Shown: positions 28,481 to 40,600 of the stretch, piece after piece
Position numbering within the stretch: the first letter of the stretch is position 1
Layout: each line of letters opens with the position of its first letter
Source of the DNA: Bacteroidota bacterium
GTDB taxonomy: Bacteria; Bacteroidota; Bacteroidia; NS11-12g; UBA955
Direction: 5' to 3'
Assembly: GCA_027490055.1 (NCBI GenBank)
Contig: JAIXYV010000106.1
Location: 30,802 to 94,801, forward strand
Length of the DNA stretch: 64,000 bases
Made by a program: the position numbers and the translations under genes
The notes under the pieces: model-generated
Told to the model about the DNA's origin: nothing
Databases searched by the model: none
Seen by the model: only the letters and a program-made list of their open reading frames with translations

Positions 28481-31400
28481 ATGAATAAGTTTACTAATTA
28501 CTACAATGAAAAGATGGGCTTTGCCCGGTACTTTGTACTGGCATTGTTTCTTCTTTTAGGAGTCAGTACTGCATCTGCTCAGTATTGTGCATCCAACGCA
28601 ACATCAACGGCAGACGAGGATATCGCCTCGGTTTATTTGAAAGGTAACACGGTAACATTAAACAATGTTTCTGCTGCTCCAACCTGTCAGACATACACCG
28701 ATTGGACTGCCTTAACACCTGTTGATTTATCTGCAGGAAGACAGTATTCAATTGTTATCACTGAAAGTACTTGTAACGGTCACTATACTTATGCATGTAA
28801 TGCATGGATTGACTACAACAAGAACAATACTTTTGAGTCTGGTGAGGCTGTAGCTCCAACTTCTCAATCTAAAAATGGTGCTAACGCTGTATTTACTTAC
28901 ACTTGGACAGTACCATGTAACATCACACCTGGAAACACCAGAATGAGAGTTGTTATGATTGAGGGTGCGGTTTCAAACCCTTCAAGTGCCTGCGGTACTT
29001 ATACCTGGGGAGAGACTGAAGATTACACAGTTAACTTACAGTTACCAACCTCAGTGAATGCCAACTTTATCGCACCAAGTTCAGCTTGGGTAAAGGCGGT
29101 AGTTAAATTTATCAATCAGAACCCAACAGGGTATATTTCACATTCTTGGAATGCCAACAACGATGCCACTATCGAGGCTCCGAATAGCGTAAACTTTAAT
29201 TATACATGGACTACTCCAGGTAACAAATGTGTTAAATTAAAGTCTACAAACTGTTTGGGCTCTGATTCAATTGTTAAGTGTTTGAATGTTGTTGCACCAA
29301 CTGCAGTGCCTGTTGCGGATTTTGTTGCTGACAGAGTAACAATTGAGCAATATGGTTCAATGAGATTATATGATTTATCATCTAATGGTCCTTGGGATTG
29401 GACATGGGATGTTTATGATTCAACTACTTATGCCTCTTCAGGTTTCTATCCAAGTTTAGCAACAGGTGAGCTTTATTCAGATCCATGGGGTAATGGAAAC
29501 AATGAATTCTCACAGAATCCTGAGTTCGCATTCGACTATCCTGGTTGTTATACTATTGTATTGACAAGTAAGAACGATGTTGGCCCTTCAGTTACTAAAA
29601 GAAAAGTTTGTTATATAACAGTAACATTACCTACTCAATACAACTTAGGTTACGGTACTTATGGTCCTAACAACGACAACGTAGTTGGTAGTTCAGCAGG
29701 TACAATATTTGATGATGGCGGTCCGGGTTTAAACTATGGTAACAACCAAGGTTTAGGTTCACGTTCATTCCTTCAGATCACCCCATGTAACGCTAAAAAG
29801 ATCACTTTGAAAATGACAACTTTGAAATTCAAAGATGCGGGTGATAAATTAAGAGTTTGGGATGGTAAGACTCCAGGTGGTCCTGGTACAACATTATTAG
29901 CTACCTGGACCATGGGTTCAAAAGCTCCAGCAGCAGTAGTTGCTACCAGCGGTAGCATGTATTTATTATTTGAAGCAGATGCTGCAGGTGTAGATTCAGG
30001 TTATGCTGGTTCTTATACTTCAGAACTTGGTCCAGCTACTGTACCAGTTCCAGCTTTCTCTCCAAATTCAGTACCTAGCTATAACAGCACGCCAATATTC
30101 TTTACTAACACTACTCAAAATATTGTTGGTGTTCCTACATGGGAATGGACAATTGATGGCGCTCAGGTTAATAATAATACTGGCAAAGATTTCCGTTATA
30201 CTTTCTATACTGATGGTCAGTATGAAGTATGTGCTGAGATCAAATCTTGTGTTGGTAACAATAAGACTTGTAAAACCATTGATGTAATCACACCGAATCA
30301 ACAAACAATGTTGGATTTCACTGCTTCAAGCAGAAGACCTAACATTAACGTAGATATCGTATCATTGATTCCTTCAAGCGATAATGCTAACAGATTTGAG
30401 TGGACAATCTTCCCGACTTCTTATACTTTAATGAACCCACCAGCTTCTCCATCTACTTATGGAACTGGTTTCGTTAAATACAATGCAACTCCTGGTGATT
30501 CAATTCCAAAACCAAGACTGAAGTTTAATTCACCTGGTTGTTATACAATCACTTTGAAAGCTTACAATTCATTGGATCCTACCAATACTACAAAAACAGT
30601 AGTAAAGAATAAATTCATCTGTGCTTTAGACTATTGTTTACCTGCTTCTTACATCTTAAGTACTGATGTTGGAATCAACAGAGTTCGTGTTGTTGATGGT
30701 ACAAATGACCTTATCAATAACTACACTACATCTGGTGATGTATCTTATACTGATTATAGCAGCACTGTAAAAGCTAATTTAACATACGGTAAATCTTATA
30801 CTATTGAAGTATCAAGAACTGGAAATGTTGACCCGGCTAACAGAAAAGCTTGGATTGACTGGAACATCGACGGTGACTTTGATGATGCAGGTGAGCAAAT
30901 CCTTACTGAGTCTAGCTCTTACAACCAGGTTTACAGCACTACATTTACAGTACCAGCATTATCTGCTTCGTTTGAAGGTTCAACAAGATTACGTGTTGCT
31001 ACTAATTATAACAACGAAAATACTACTGCTTGTGGACCGATTACAGCTGGTGAGTACGAAGATTACGGTATCGTTTTAGCGAATGACAACATGCCTCCGG
31101 TCATTACTTTATTAGGTAGTGATACAGTGAGAATCGAAGTTGGTTCTAACTATACTGACGCTGGTGCAACTGCCTATGATGCTTCAGAAGGTAATATCAG
31201 CAGCAGTTTAGTAATGACTACTGACTTAGATGCAGCGGTTACAGGTTTATACACTGTAGAGTACAATGTAACGGACAAATCTGGCAACAGAGCAGTTCCG
31301 GCTATTCGTACAATCATTGTAGTTAACGACTTAACTAAGCCAATCTTAACGCTTAACCCAGGAACTTCTGGTTGTATTGAAGCAAGAAGAGATAATCTTC

Positions 31401-32596
31401 CATACGTTGATCCAGGTGCAACTGCAACTGATAACAAAGCGCCATTCAATTTGAATTCTTCAATTGTTACTACTGGTACAGTTGATACAAGAACAATTGG
31501 CAACTATGTAATCACTTACTATGTGCAAGACGTAGCTGGTAACTCTGTAACAAAAACAAGAAACGTTTGTGTTGAAGATACCAAAGCTCCAATGGTAGAA
31601 GTTCTAGGTGATACTTCAATTCAGATCGGAAGTGTTTGGATTGATCAGACATCTGCAACTGATGCCTATGATTTGACTCCAACTCTTAACAAAACATGGT
31701 GGACAGTACCAGTTAATACTTTAATAAGAGCTACATACAGCGTAACTTATGAAGCAGTTGACGGTTCAGGTAATATTTCGAATCCAGCTACTGTAAGACA
31801 TTACAGAGTTGATGACTTCATTCCTCCTGTTATTAGTTTAAACACATTTGATATAGTTCAGCATGAGGTAAGAACGCCTTACAACTCTATTGCTGCAACT
31901 GTTTCTGATAACTACTATAGCTCAGGTCAGGTTTCAATCATCAGAAAATCAAGCAATGTTAATTACAATGTTTTAGGCACATATACCGAAGTATTCGAAG
32001 CTATCGATGGATCAGGTAACATTTCAACTAAAACCAGAACAGTTAAAGTGGTAGATACAAAATCTCCTACACTTTGGGGTCAGGTTATCCATGGTTGCGT
32101 TGGTGAAAACATCTGGCCAATGTGGGGTCTGTCAACTACTGACAACTACTACAGTCCAAGTCAGTTATTACCATTAGTAGAAGTGGTTAGTCAAAACGTA
32201 AACATTTGGGAAGAAGGTATCTACTCTATCACTTACAGAGTAACCGACCCAAGTGGTAATACATCTGAAGAGTTCACCAGATTGGCGTACTTCACTTACT
32301 GGCCAAAATGTTACAACAGTACAGTATCAGTTGATGATCTGAAATCTGTTGAAGAGAAAGTAAGCGTATACCCTAACCCAAGTAACGGTATCGTAAACAT
32401 CGACCTGCAAGGTGCATTAGCGCAAACTGCAACCCTTGAAGTTTACAATGCAATGGGTCAGCTGGTAGCAAGCAAAAACTACAGCGAAGTAAGCGGTAAA
32501 TTTGATGTAGACTTAAGAGGTAATGCAGCTGGTGTTTACACTATCAAGTTAATTGCTAACGGCGAAGTAGTAACTAAACGCGTAGTGCTTCAGTAA
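28481..32596 (+). CDS. T9SS type-A secreted surface protein, paralog 2 (same architecture)
   Basis: Collinear with 23946-28139 from LPTSV onward; ASA-Q signal cleavage; ATG at 28481 preferred. Confidence 0.88.
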   Translation: MNKFTNYYNEKMGFARYFVLALFLLLGVSTASAQYCASNATSTADEDIASVYLKGNTVTLNNVSAAPTCQTYTDWTALTPVDLSAGRQYSIVITESTCNGHYTYACNAWIDYNKNNTFESGEAVAPTSQSKNGANAVFTYTWTVPCNITPGNTRMRVVMIEGAVSNPSSACGTYTWGETEDYTVNLQLPTSVNANFIAPSSAWVKAVVKFINQNPTGYISHSWNANNDATIEAPNSVNFNYTWTTPGNKCVKLKSTNCLGSDSIVKCLNVVAPTAVPVADFVADRVTIEQYGSMRLYDLSSNGPWDWTWDVYDSTTYASSGFYPSLATGELYSDPWGNGNNEFSQNPEFAFDYPGCYTIVLTSKNDVGPSVTKRKVCYITVTLPTQYNLGYGTYGPNNDNVVGSSAGTIFDDGGPGLNYGNNQGLGSRSFLQITPCNAKKITLKMTTLKFKDAGDKLRVWDGKTPGGPGTTLLATWTMGSKAPAAVVATSGSMYLLFEADAAGVDSGYAGSYTSELGPATVPVPAFSPNSVPSYNSTPIFFTNTTQNIVGVPTWEWTIDGAQVNNNTGKDFRYTFYTDGQYEVCAEIKSCVGNNKTCKTIDVITPNQQTMLDFTASSRRPNINVDIVSLIPSSDNANRFEWTIFPTSYTLMNPPASPSTYGTGFVKYNATPGDSIPKPRLKFNSPGCYTITLKAYNSLDPTNTTKTVVKNKFICALDYCLPASYILSTDVGINRVRVVDGTNDLINNYTTSGDVSYTDYSSTVKANLTYGKSYTIEVSRTGNVDPANRKAWIDWNIDGDFDDAGEQILTESSSYNQVYSTTFTVPALSASFEGSTRLRVATNYNNENTTACGPITAGEYEDYGIVLANDNMPPVITLLGSDTVRIEVGSNYTDAGATAYDASEGNISSSLVMTTDLDAAVTGLYTVEYNVTDKSGNRAVPAIRTIIVVNDLTKPILTLNPGTSGCIEARRDNLPYVDPGATATDNKAPFNLNSSIVTTGTVDTRTIGNYVITYYVQDVAGNSVTKTRNVCVEDTKAPMVEVLGDTSIQIGSVWIDQTSATDAYDLTPTLNKTWWTVPVNTLIRATYSVTYEAVDGSGNISNPATVRHYRVDDFIPPVISLNTFDIVQHEVRTPYNSIAATVSDNYYSSGQVSIIRKSSNVNYNVLGTYTEVFEAIDGSGNISTKTRTVKVVDTKSPTLWGQVIHGCVGENIWPMWGLSTTDNYYSPSQLLPLVEVVSQNVNIWEEGIYSITYRVTDPSGNTSEEFTRLAYFTYWPKCYNSTVSVDDLKSVEEKVSVYPNPSNGIVNIDLQGALAQTATLEVYNAMGQLVASKNYSEVSGKFDVDLRGNAAGVYTIKLIANGEVVTKRVVLQ

Positions 32597-32616
32597 TTAA
32601 TCTAATTTTATAATAG

Positions 32617-32648
32617 AAAAGCACCGGTTAAACGCCGGTGCTTTTTTT
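32617..32648 (+). terminator. Rho-independent terminator
   Basis: AAAAGCACCGG...CCGGTGC plus T7. Confidence 0.85.
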
Positions 32649-32852
32649 ATGGAATCAATTTTTAACATGACATCGTTATCTCATGAATTGAAATAGATAT
32701 AAATATTAGTTTAAGCGCGGCATTCTTTGAAATCAGAGATTATCTCATGAATCCAAATTCAATAGTTTAAAGCCCATTAGACGACTTTAAATTATCAATC
32801 ATAGAAATTGTGGCAACACTACTTTAAATCGCCGCAAATCGCCAGAAAAACC

Positions 32853-33254
32853 TTAATCCAGGTCATCTATAATATCTGTTGGTTCATCAGAAGACCGGTA
32901 ACCATAAATACTAATAACCGTAGAATAGATAGCCATTACACCAATGCCTGCGGCTAATGCGATATTACCCAAAGGCCAATGCATAATTTTAAGAATAGCA
33001 CCTAGAACAATAGTAAAGCTTGCCAAAGGGCGAAGAATGTATATTAACTTCTTAACGGAATTGCTTAATCTATCTGATTTTAGTTTTTCAGATTCATTAA
33101 AAAATATTGACAATAAAAACCAAAGCAACAAGAAAGCACTGGGCAAAAGTCTGTATACCATTCCCAAAAAATAATTGCCATTATAATCCCATACCTGTTG
33201 TAAAGCAATCAGGAAGAATGCCAACCACAAAAGAATGGTTCTGAAATGTGTCAT
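32853..33254 (-). CDS. Small 4-TM membrane protein with GldL-N-like segment
   Basis: IVLGAILKIMHWP resembles the GldL TM motif GALFKxxHW; acidic IIDD tail. Confidence 0.55.
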   Translation of the reverse strand: MTHFRTILLWLAFFLIALQQVWDYNGNYFLGMVYRLLPSAFLLLWFLLSIFFNESEKLKSDRLSNSVKKLIYILRPLASFTIVLGAILKIMHWPLGNIALAAGIGVMAIYSTVISIYGYRSSDEPTDIIDDLD

Positions 33255-33257
33255 AGA

Positions 33258-34541
33258 TTAACTGTATAACGGAAAACGCTTCATCAGAGTATTAACCTGT
33301 GTGCGAATTTCCATTAATTTAGCATCATCTGAATGGTTCATCAAAGCCTGGTCTATTAGTTCGGCGATGGTTTCCATATCTGATTCTTTCATGCCGCGTG
33401 TAGTAACGGCAGGTGTTCCTAATCTGATACCAGAGGTAACGAAAGGAGAACGAGTTTCGAAAGGCACAGTATTTTTGTTGATAGTGATATCACATTTAAC
33501 CAGTGTATTTTCGGCCAATTTACCAGTGATAGTGTCACCTTTAGGGCGAAGATCGATGAGCATTAAATGATTATCGGTACCACCAGAAATAATTTTATAA
33601 CCTCTTTTAACCATTGCTTCGGCCAAAGCAGCAGCGTTAGCTTTTACTTGCTGCATATAGGTTTTATATTCAGGAGCTAATGCTTCACCAAAAGCAATCG
33701 CTTTAGCTGCGATAACATGTTCTAATGGTCCGCCTTGAGTACCCGGAAAAACAGCACCGTCCAGAACAGCACTCATCATTTTAGGCTCACCTTTTGGTGT
33801 TTTCAGTCCCCAAGGGTTCTCAAAATCTTTACCCATCATGATAATACCACCTCTTGGCCCTCTTAAAGTTTTATGAGTAGTAGAGGTAACAATATGACAA
33901 TGCGGCATAGGGTTGTTTAGTAAGCCAGCAGCTATTAATCCTGCGGGGTGAGAAATATCGGCAAGTAGTAGAGCCCCAACGCTGTCGGCTATTTCTCTTA
34001 GTTTTTTATAATCCCAGTCTCTACTGTAAGAAGAGGCACCACAAATAATTAATTTTGGATTTTCTCTTTTAGCTATTTCTTCAATTTTATTGAAATCGAT
34101 GCGCCCATCAGTTTCTTCAACACCGTAAAAACTTGGAACATATAATTTTCCAGAGAAGTTAACGGGAGATCCGTGGGTTAAATGACCACCGTGACTGAGA
34201 TCAAAGCCTAGAATTTTATCTCCAGGATTTAGGCAAGCCAGCATTACAGCAGCATTTGCTTGGGCACCGCTATGAGGCTGTACATTGGCCCATTCTGCGC
34301 CAAAAAGTTGCTTTAATCTATCAATAGCAAGTTGTTCAACCTGATCGACAATCTCGCAACCACCATAATATCTTTTACCTGGCAGACCCTCGGCATATTT
34401 GTTTGTAAGAACAGAGCCCATGGCTTCCATTACCTGTTTAGAAACAAAATTTTCAGAGGCAATTAATTCAATGCCATGTTCCTGACGGTTTAATTCTTTT
34501 TGAATTAAATCAAATACAATAGTATCTCTTTGTGCGTTCAT
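33258..34541 (-). CDS. glyA: Serine hydroxymethyltransferase
   Basis: [39 protein letters not shown] promoter at 34551-34558. Confidence 0.98.
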   Translation of the reverse strand: MNAQRDTIVFDLIQKELNRQEHGIELIASENFVSKQVMEAMGSVLTNKYAEGLPGKRYYGGCEIVDQVEQLAIDRLKQLFGAEWANVQPHSGAQANAAVMLACLNPGDKILGFDLSHGGHLTHGSPVNFSGKLYVPSFYGVEETDGRIDFNKIEEIAKRENPKLIICGASSYSRDWDYKKLREIADSVGALLLADISHPAGLIAAGLLNNPMPHCHIVTSTTHKTLRGPRGGIIMMGKDFENPWGLKTPKGEPKMMSAVLDGAVFPGTQGGPLEHVIAAKAIAFGEALAPEYKTYMQQVKANAAALAEAMVKRGYKIISGGTDNHLMLIDLRPKGDTITGKLAENTLVKCDITINKNTVPFETRSPFVTSGIRLGTPAVTTRGMKESDMETIAELIDQALMNHSDDAKLMEIRTQVNTLMKRFPLYS

Positions 34542-34620
34542 TATTAAGGGCAAAGATATTTAAACTTTTTAAATTCTTATTTTTTTGTAAAAATTCATTT
34601 AGATTAATATATTTGTTGTC

Positions 34621-37600
34621 TTGAAGAAAAAGTACTTTTCAAAAAACACTTTTTTTCTATTTTGTTCTTTGTTTATGGCATTGATTATCAATGCTCAGGG
34701 GAATAGATTGTCTTTTGTGGTTACCGGACCGAAGAATCTTTCCATCTGCGGGGTTAATGATTCAGCCTTTGTTGAAGCCTACAATATCTCGTCAGGACCA
34801 GTTAACAACATTACAATTAAACTAATTTTACCATCAGGCATCAATTATGTCAAAGGTTCTTTCTTTGGCACTGGTATTAGCGAAGCCAATGTTACAAATC
34901 TCAATCAACCTATTTTTAATGTTCCCAATTTATTATTAGCTAAGAATACAAAATTCAGGGTATTGCTAACGGCAGATTGCAACTTACTTACCTTTCTAAA
35001 TAACAGCAGTACGCCAACAGTAAGTTTGCGGGCAGATTATACGGGTAATTTTGATGTTGGCAGTTCAATACCGTATTCTGTAAGGGTGCCATCTGTGCAA
35101 TACGGCACTGTAACGAACCTATCATATACAGGTGATGTAGCTACCAAATTCACAAGAAGTATCACCATTGGAAATTATGGCAAAGGACCATTACGAGAGA
35201 TAAAACTTACCAGATATAATGGAAAGGATATTCAAACATTCTTTGTTAACAAAGGGAATACCGTATACAAGGGAGATACAGTAATAACCACATTTAACAC
35301 CAATCATTTCAAAACGGTAGGCAATCTTGACACATTTCTTGATCAGAATGAAACAATCACATTTACAGATTCCAATTTAATTAAAGCCTGTAAATTACTT
35401 AATACTAATTTCGAATTAAGTTGGGGTTGTGGTGGAAAATCCTGCCAGGTTAGTAAGTTATCAGGCTCTGCTTTAATCAGCAATAAAACACCAACATTAA
35501 AGGCAATTCCCTTGCCTGTTTATCCAACATGTTATAACAACAATACGTTTAAATCCGAAGTCCGTTTTGTGAATATCGGTAATATGCCTGCGATAGCTCC
35601 CCGACTTGCAATATCCTCCAACTATTACTATATGTTCTCGAGTTTTGATACTGGATCGATACGCATGAAAGTTGGTTTTAAGGGTACCTGGTACAAACCA
35701 ATCAAGGACAGCACAACGGGTTCATATAACTTAGGTTATTATGGCTGTATCGGTTTATATCCGATTGGATTATTCAGAGTTAAATGTCCGGATTTAAAAC
35801 CGAATGATACGGTCTATCTGACATGGAATACCATATCGTGTACACCACCCCCTTGTAGCAACGCCAGTATGGTGGTCAATAGCTGGGCTTATTATGCCGA
35901 TTTTAAAGATCAGTGTAAGAATCTGAAAACAGTTCCATGGGCCTGGGGAAAGGTTTACGACCAGCACTATTTTACGGGTTCTACTTTTAGTCCGACCGAC
36001 CTTATAGCCAATCAAACCGGCGAGTTCAGAACTTATATCAATTCAGCAAGTCTGTTAAATCGCAATTCATCTGCCTCCTACATAGTAGATATCATTTTAC
36101 CGAAGGGTCTCACTCACAGCAAGCAAAAGAAAGATTTCTATTTTATCAATTCAGATTTAACTGCCAACTGGAATCCAGACAGTATTGTTCAGAAAGGCGA
36201 TACTGTGAGGGCCTATTTTCCGCATCCTGTTCCAATCAATTTAACAGGTGCAGAATTGGTATATTATTTAAAAGCCGATTGTTCTAAGAGTGGTGCCAAT
36301 GGCAACCAAAACATTACTACTCAAATACGCTATATACCAGATAGAACCTGTGGAAGTAAAGAATGGATATTTTTGTATTGCCAGACACAGCAAATAAAAA
36401 TACATTGTATCAGTAATTGTGCTGGCGGTATGAAGTTCAGAAATTTTAAAGTACAAAGGATAAGTTTCGGAAGACCAGACAATGACAATGATGGAAAACC
36501 TGACGCCAGTGGTAGTTTAGATACATTAAGAGTAAGGGAAGAACGTTGCATTTATGGAGACACCATCCAGGCAGAGTATTTCGGAATAGTTAAACGGACT
36601 AGCTCGATAATTACCTGGAGAAATGCTTATATTGAAAGTACAATAACCAATGGCAGGAATCTTGACGTGGCGGGCATTCAATTATTGGTTTGGCGTCGTG
36701 GCGTAACCTTGTCTCTCAATTGTAATCAGATTAAAAGCTGGAAGACAGTGAGTGGTACAACCGCTACATTTAAAATTGATATCAGCACAGATTCAATGCC
36801 TAATTGTGTGTCTTCAGGATTTAGGTACAGCAATGATGATAGTGTGGTAGTGAAAGTAAAGTACAGGGTCAACGGTAATCTTGGTGCTACCATTCAGAAT
36901 TTAAATTTCAGCAATAGGTTTTATACCAGCAATGTCAATAATCCGACCAGCAATACCAACAAGTTTCAATGTGATACTTTTTCTGGCCAGATGATACTGG
37001 CAGGGTATTTTTTCACTACCTGTTGCAGTGATAATTATCAATTAAATTCGTGCGGTACTGTTAGCGTCAATAATTATTTTTATCTTGGTTTAGGCGGAAA
37101 CAGTTATGGCGGCAATAACTATTTTCCATATGAGTATCGAAATTTTGCAAAATTACGATCCATAAGATTTTATATGCCTGCCGGCATGAAAATGAAAAAC
37201 GCCTATATTGGCCAGTACCGTACAAGTGGTTCTAACAGGACCACATTAGAGACAAAAGATTCGTTGCGACCATTGAACATCAATGCGAATCCGATGGTCT
37301 TTGAAGTAGGCAAATTTTTCAAGGATTCGACAGGAGGTGTTATTAATCTGAGTGATGATGGTTTCCATGGCTATTTTGTAGCACAGATGGATCCTACATG
37401 CGAGATTCAGACTGGTGATCCTAACCTTATTAAATACGATTTTGTTTTTGAGCGCAAAGGCATATTTGGTAATACTTTAGATACGATAAGTTCAGGATTT
37501 ACAGACAAACTGATTTACAACAAACCTGTCTTTACTGTTAAACCCGTATCACCAACAATTTATGCGGCACAGGATACTGCAGAGTGGGAATTAGTATTCA

Positions 37601-40600
37601 CAAATTATTCTGCCAGTTTCAGTAATACCAACTCTTGGTTTGCGCCCGATAACAGTGGAGCTATTAAAGTGGTTCAGATCAGAGATGGCGGAACAAAAGA
37701 CACCTTGATGCCTTCAAAAAATGGGGTTTATAAGTTAGGAACAATACCTTTTAACACCACCCGAAAATTTAAAGTTAGGGCCATTTATAATTCTTGTAAG
37801 AAGGACAGTGTAATCTTGTATGCTGGCTGGAATTGCGCAGGCTATCCGAATGATTTAGCCAGTTATCCTTGCGTAAAAGAGCGAATACCATTGTATCTTG
37901 AACCACAGAACACACAGTATCAGGTGACATTAACAGATTCTGTCAGAGTGGCTGATTTATGTGCCTCTACACCCTACACCATGACCATAGAGAATATTGG
38001 TGCTACAGCGGGTTATTCTACAAAAGCCATCATTAATTTACCTATTGGAATGACAGTGGATCCTGGCTCCTGTTATATCCGTTATCCGCATAAGAATGCT
38101 AAGTCATCTTTATCTAATCCAGTATTAAAAAGTGGTACCACCTATGAGTGGAACTTATCTGGATTAAATACCACTATAGCCAATGGTTTTAAAGGGGTAA
38201 GCGATACTAATAAAAACAAAATAATCATCTATTTCAGAGTAAAAACTTCTTGTGATTATTCGAGTGGAAATTATATTCGAGCAAGTGCTTCCGGCAATAT
38301 AAAATGTGGCGATCCAATCATGGTTTATCCAGCCATTAGCAATCCATTAAACATTAAAGGTGTAACACGTCCATATTATACCTTACTGAAGGTTGAATCT
38401 GACTCTATTTTTCCTTGTGAAAAGCCAAGTAAAGTTCGAGTAAAAATTATTAATCTTGGTCCGGGTAAAACAGGCTCTGAAGACAAGTATCAAGCTATAT
38501 TGGTTCCAGGATTAAGCTACAACAGTAGTATGTATACAGCAAGCTATAACGCGCCTGTAGACAGTTTAACCACTACCAGAAACATTAACGGTGCAACAGA
38601 AGTAGAATTTAGTTTAAGAGATAGCATACAGCCTGGTGACAGTATGTATTTTGATTTCGGATTTAATAGCGATGGCAGATTTTTGAATTGCGGGACAGTT
38701 GACTTATACAGTCAGGCAGCAGTTAAACAAGAGGTAACTTGTGTATCCAATAATTCGAAGTGTAAAATCAATGTTGTTACCGGTAATAATTTACTGAAGC
38801 CGACTGTAGTAAAAGGGTCAGTTGGCTTTTCTGGTTTAAAAACTAAAATATTAAGTACAGCAAACGATTCAGAAATCCTATCGATGCAATACCGCATCAC
38901 GAATACCAGTTTCAGAATTGCATCGCCCAATACTATAGTTTATAAACTGGTCTATGATAAAAACAGTTCGGGTACAGTCAATTCTGGTGATATCGTTGCC
39001 TTTACAGATACGATTAAAACAGGCTTAGGTAAAAACAACTTTACAGATATTACTAAAACGATTAAAGTAAAAGCAGGACAGTCGTGTGCCCTATTTATTG
39101 CCTTAGATTCTGCCAGTTGCAGTTGTGGCTTTGCTTATGCAAAATTTCCGGTTCCGGGATTGCAGAATGCTGGCATAGATCAATCACTTTGTAGCGGTGA
39201 TACAATCAAGCTAGGTGTTACCAAAGTAAACGGTTACCGATATCTTTGGACCCCAGGAAGTGAGTTTATTTCTGATACAGTAGCTCAGCCAGTTGCTGTG
39301 ATGGAGAACACAGATAGTGCAGGAATTTTTAAGAATTATATTCTTACAACCTATAGAGGATTCTGCAATAGTAAAGACACTGTAAAAGTGGAGATTTATA
39401 AGTTACCAGCATTAAGATTACTGCAAAAAGACACATCAATTTGTGATGGAAATCAGGTTGTTTTAAAAGCAGTTTCTAAAGGAGGAACAGGTTTGCATAC
39501 CATCAAATGGAGTCCTGCTAAAACAGTGAAAGACAGCACAAAATTTACCACTTCCACCAAACCTTTAAAGACGCAAACGTATGTTGCCAGCATTGTAGAC
39601 GCTAAGCAATGCAAAGCAAAGGACAGTATGCGCATAGTGGTTTATCAGAATCCAATAGCAAAATTCACTTATCCTGAAACTTGTTTAAATTTACCATTGT
39701 TGTTAAGTGATAGCAGCAAAGTTAGTGGAGATACTATCAGTCTGCGAAAGTGGAACTTTAATGGTATTGATACCACGCAGATTAAAGACTGGTTGATAGA
39801 TTTACAAGGTAATTCAGATGCTTTAGTTTCCTTAACTATCAGAAGTGGATTTGGCTGTGAAGATACGATCGTTAAAACAGTGTATTTGAATCCATATGTT
39901 GTTGCAGATTTTTCGACCAAAGATGTATGTTTTGGAGACTCTGTAAAATTTGTCAATCTTAGCACACTATCAAAAGGCGTAATACAATCTAATATTTGGG
40001 ATTTCGGCGATGCTATAACCAGCGTAAAGACTCAAACCAAACATTTATACAATGCTGCAGACACTTATCAGGTAAAGCTTATCTCAATTAGTGATAAAAA
40101 TTGCAACGATACCATTGCAAAATCTGTAATTGTTTATCCGCGACCATCAACAGCATTTAGTATAAGTAATGTATGTCTTAAGGACAGTATTCATGCTTTT
40201 AATAGCTCAACAATTGTAAATGATTCTATTACCAGTCAGTGGTGGTATATTAATAAGGATACGATAAGTCAACAGCATTTAACATATTTATTGAGCTATG
40301 ATACATCGTATATTTTAACATTAAAGACATCAACAGCATTTGGCTGCAGAGACAGTTTAAGTAAATCAGTAGAGGTATACACAAATCCTAAAGCGCTATT
40401 TAATGTTAATCCTGTTTGTGAAGGCAAGAAGAGCACTGTTATCAGTAGTTCAAGCATTAGAAAAGGTGCTATTTCGTCCTACAATTATGCAGTTAGTGAT
40501 GGCAATAGTTTTACCAATCAGAATTTTGTCCATCAATTTGCCAAAGGCGATACTTTTGATATTAGATTAATTGTTACTTCTTCTAACAATTGCAGAGATA

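Noticed and set aside
26606..31503. Paralogous antisense ORFs (26606-27046, 31174-31503) and alternative-frame ORFs inside the tandem genes
   Set aside because: Shadows of strong codon bias and of the duplication itself; no independent coding signal
23946..32596. Diversity-generating retroelement or shufflon as the cause of paralog variation
   Set aside because: No reverse transcriptase, recombinase or inverted crossover repeats in the window; differences are not adenine-specific
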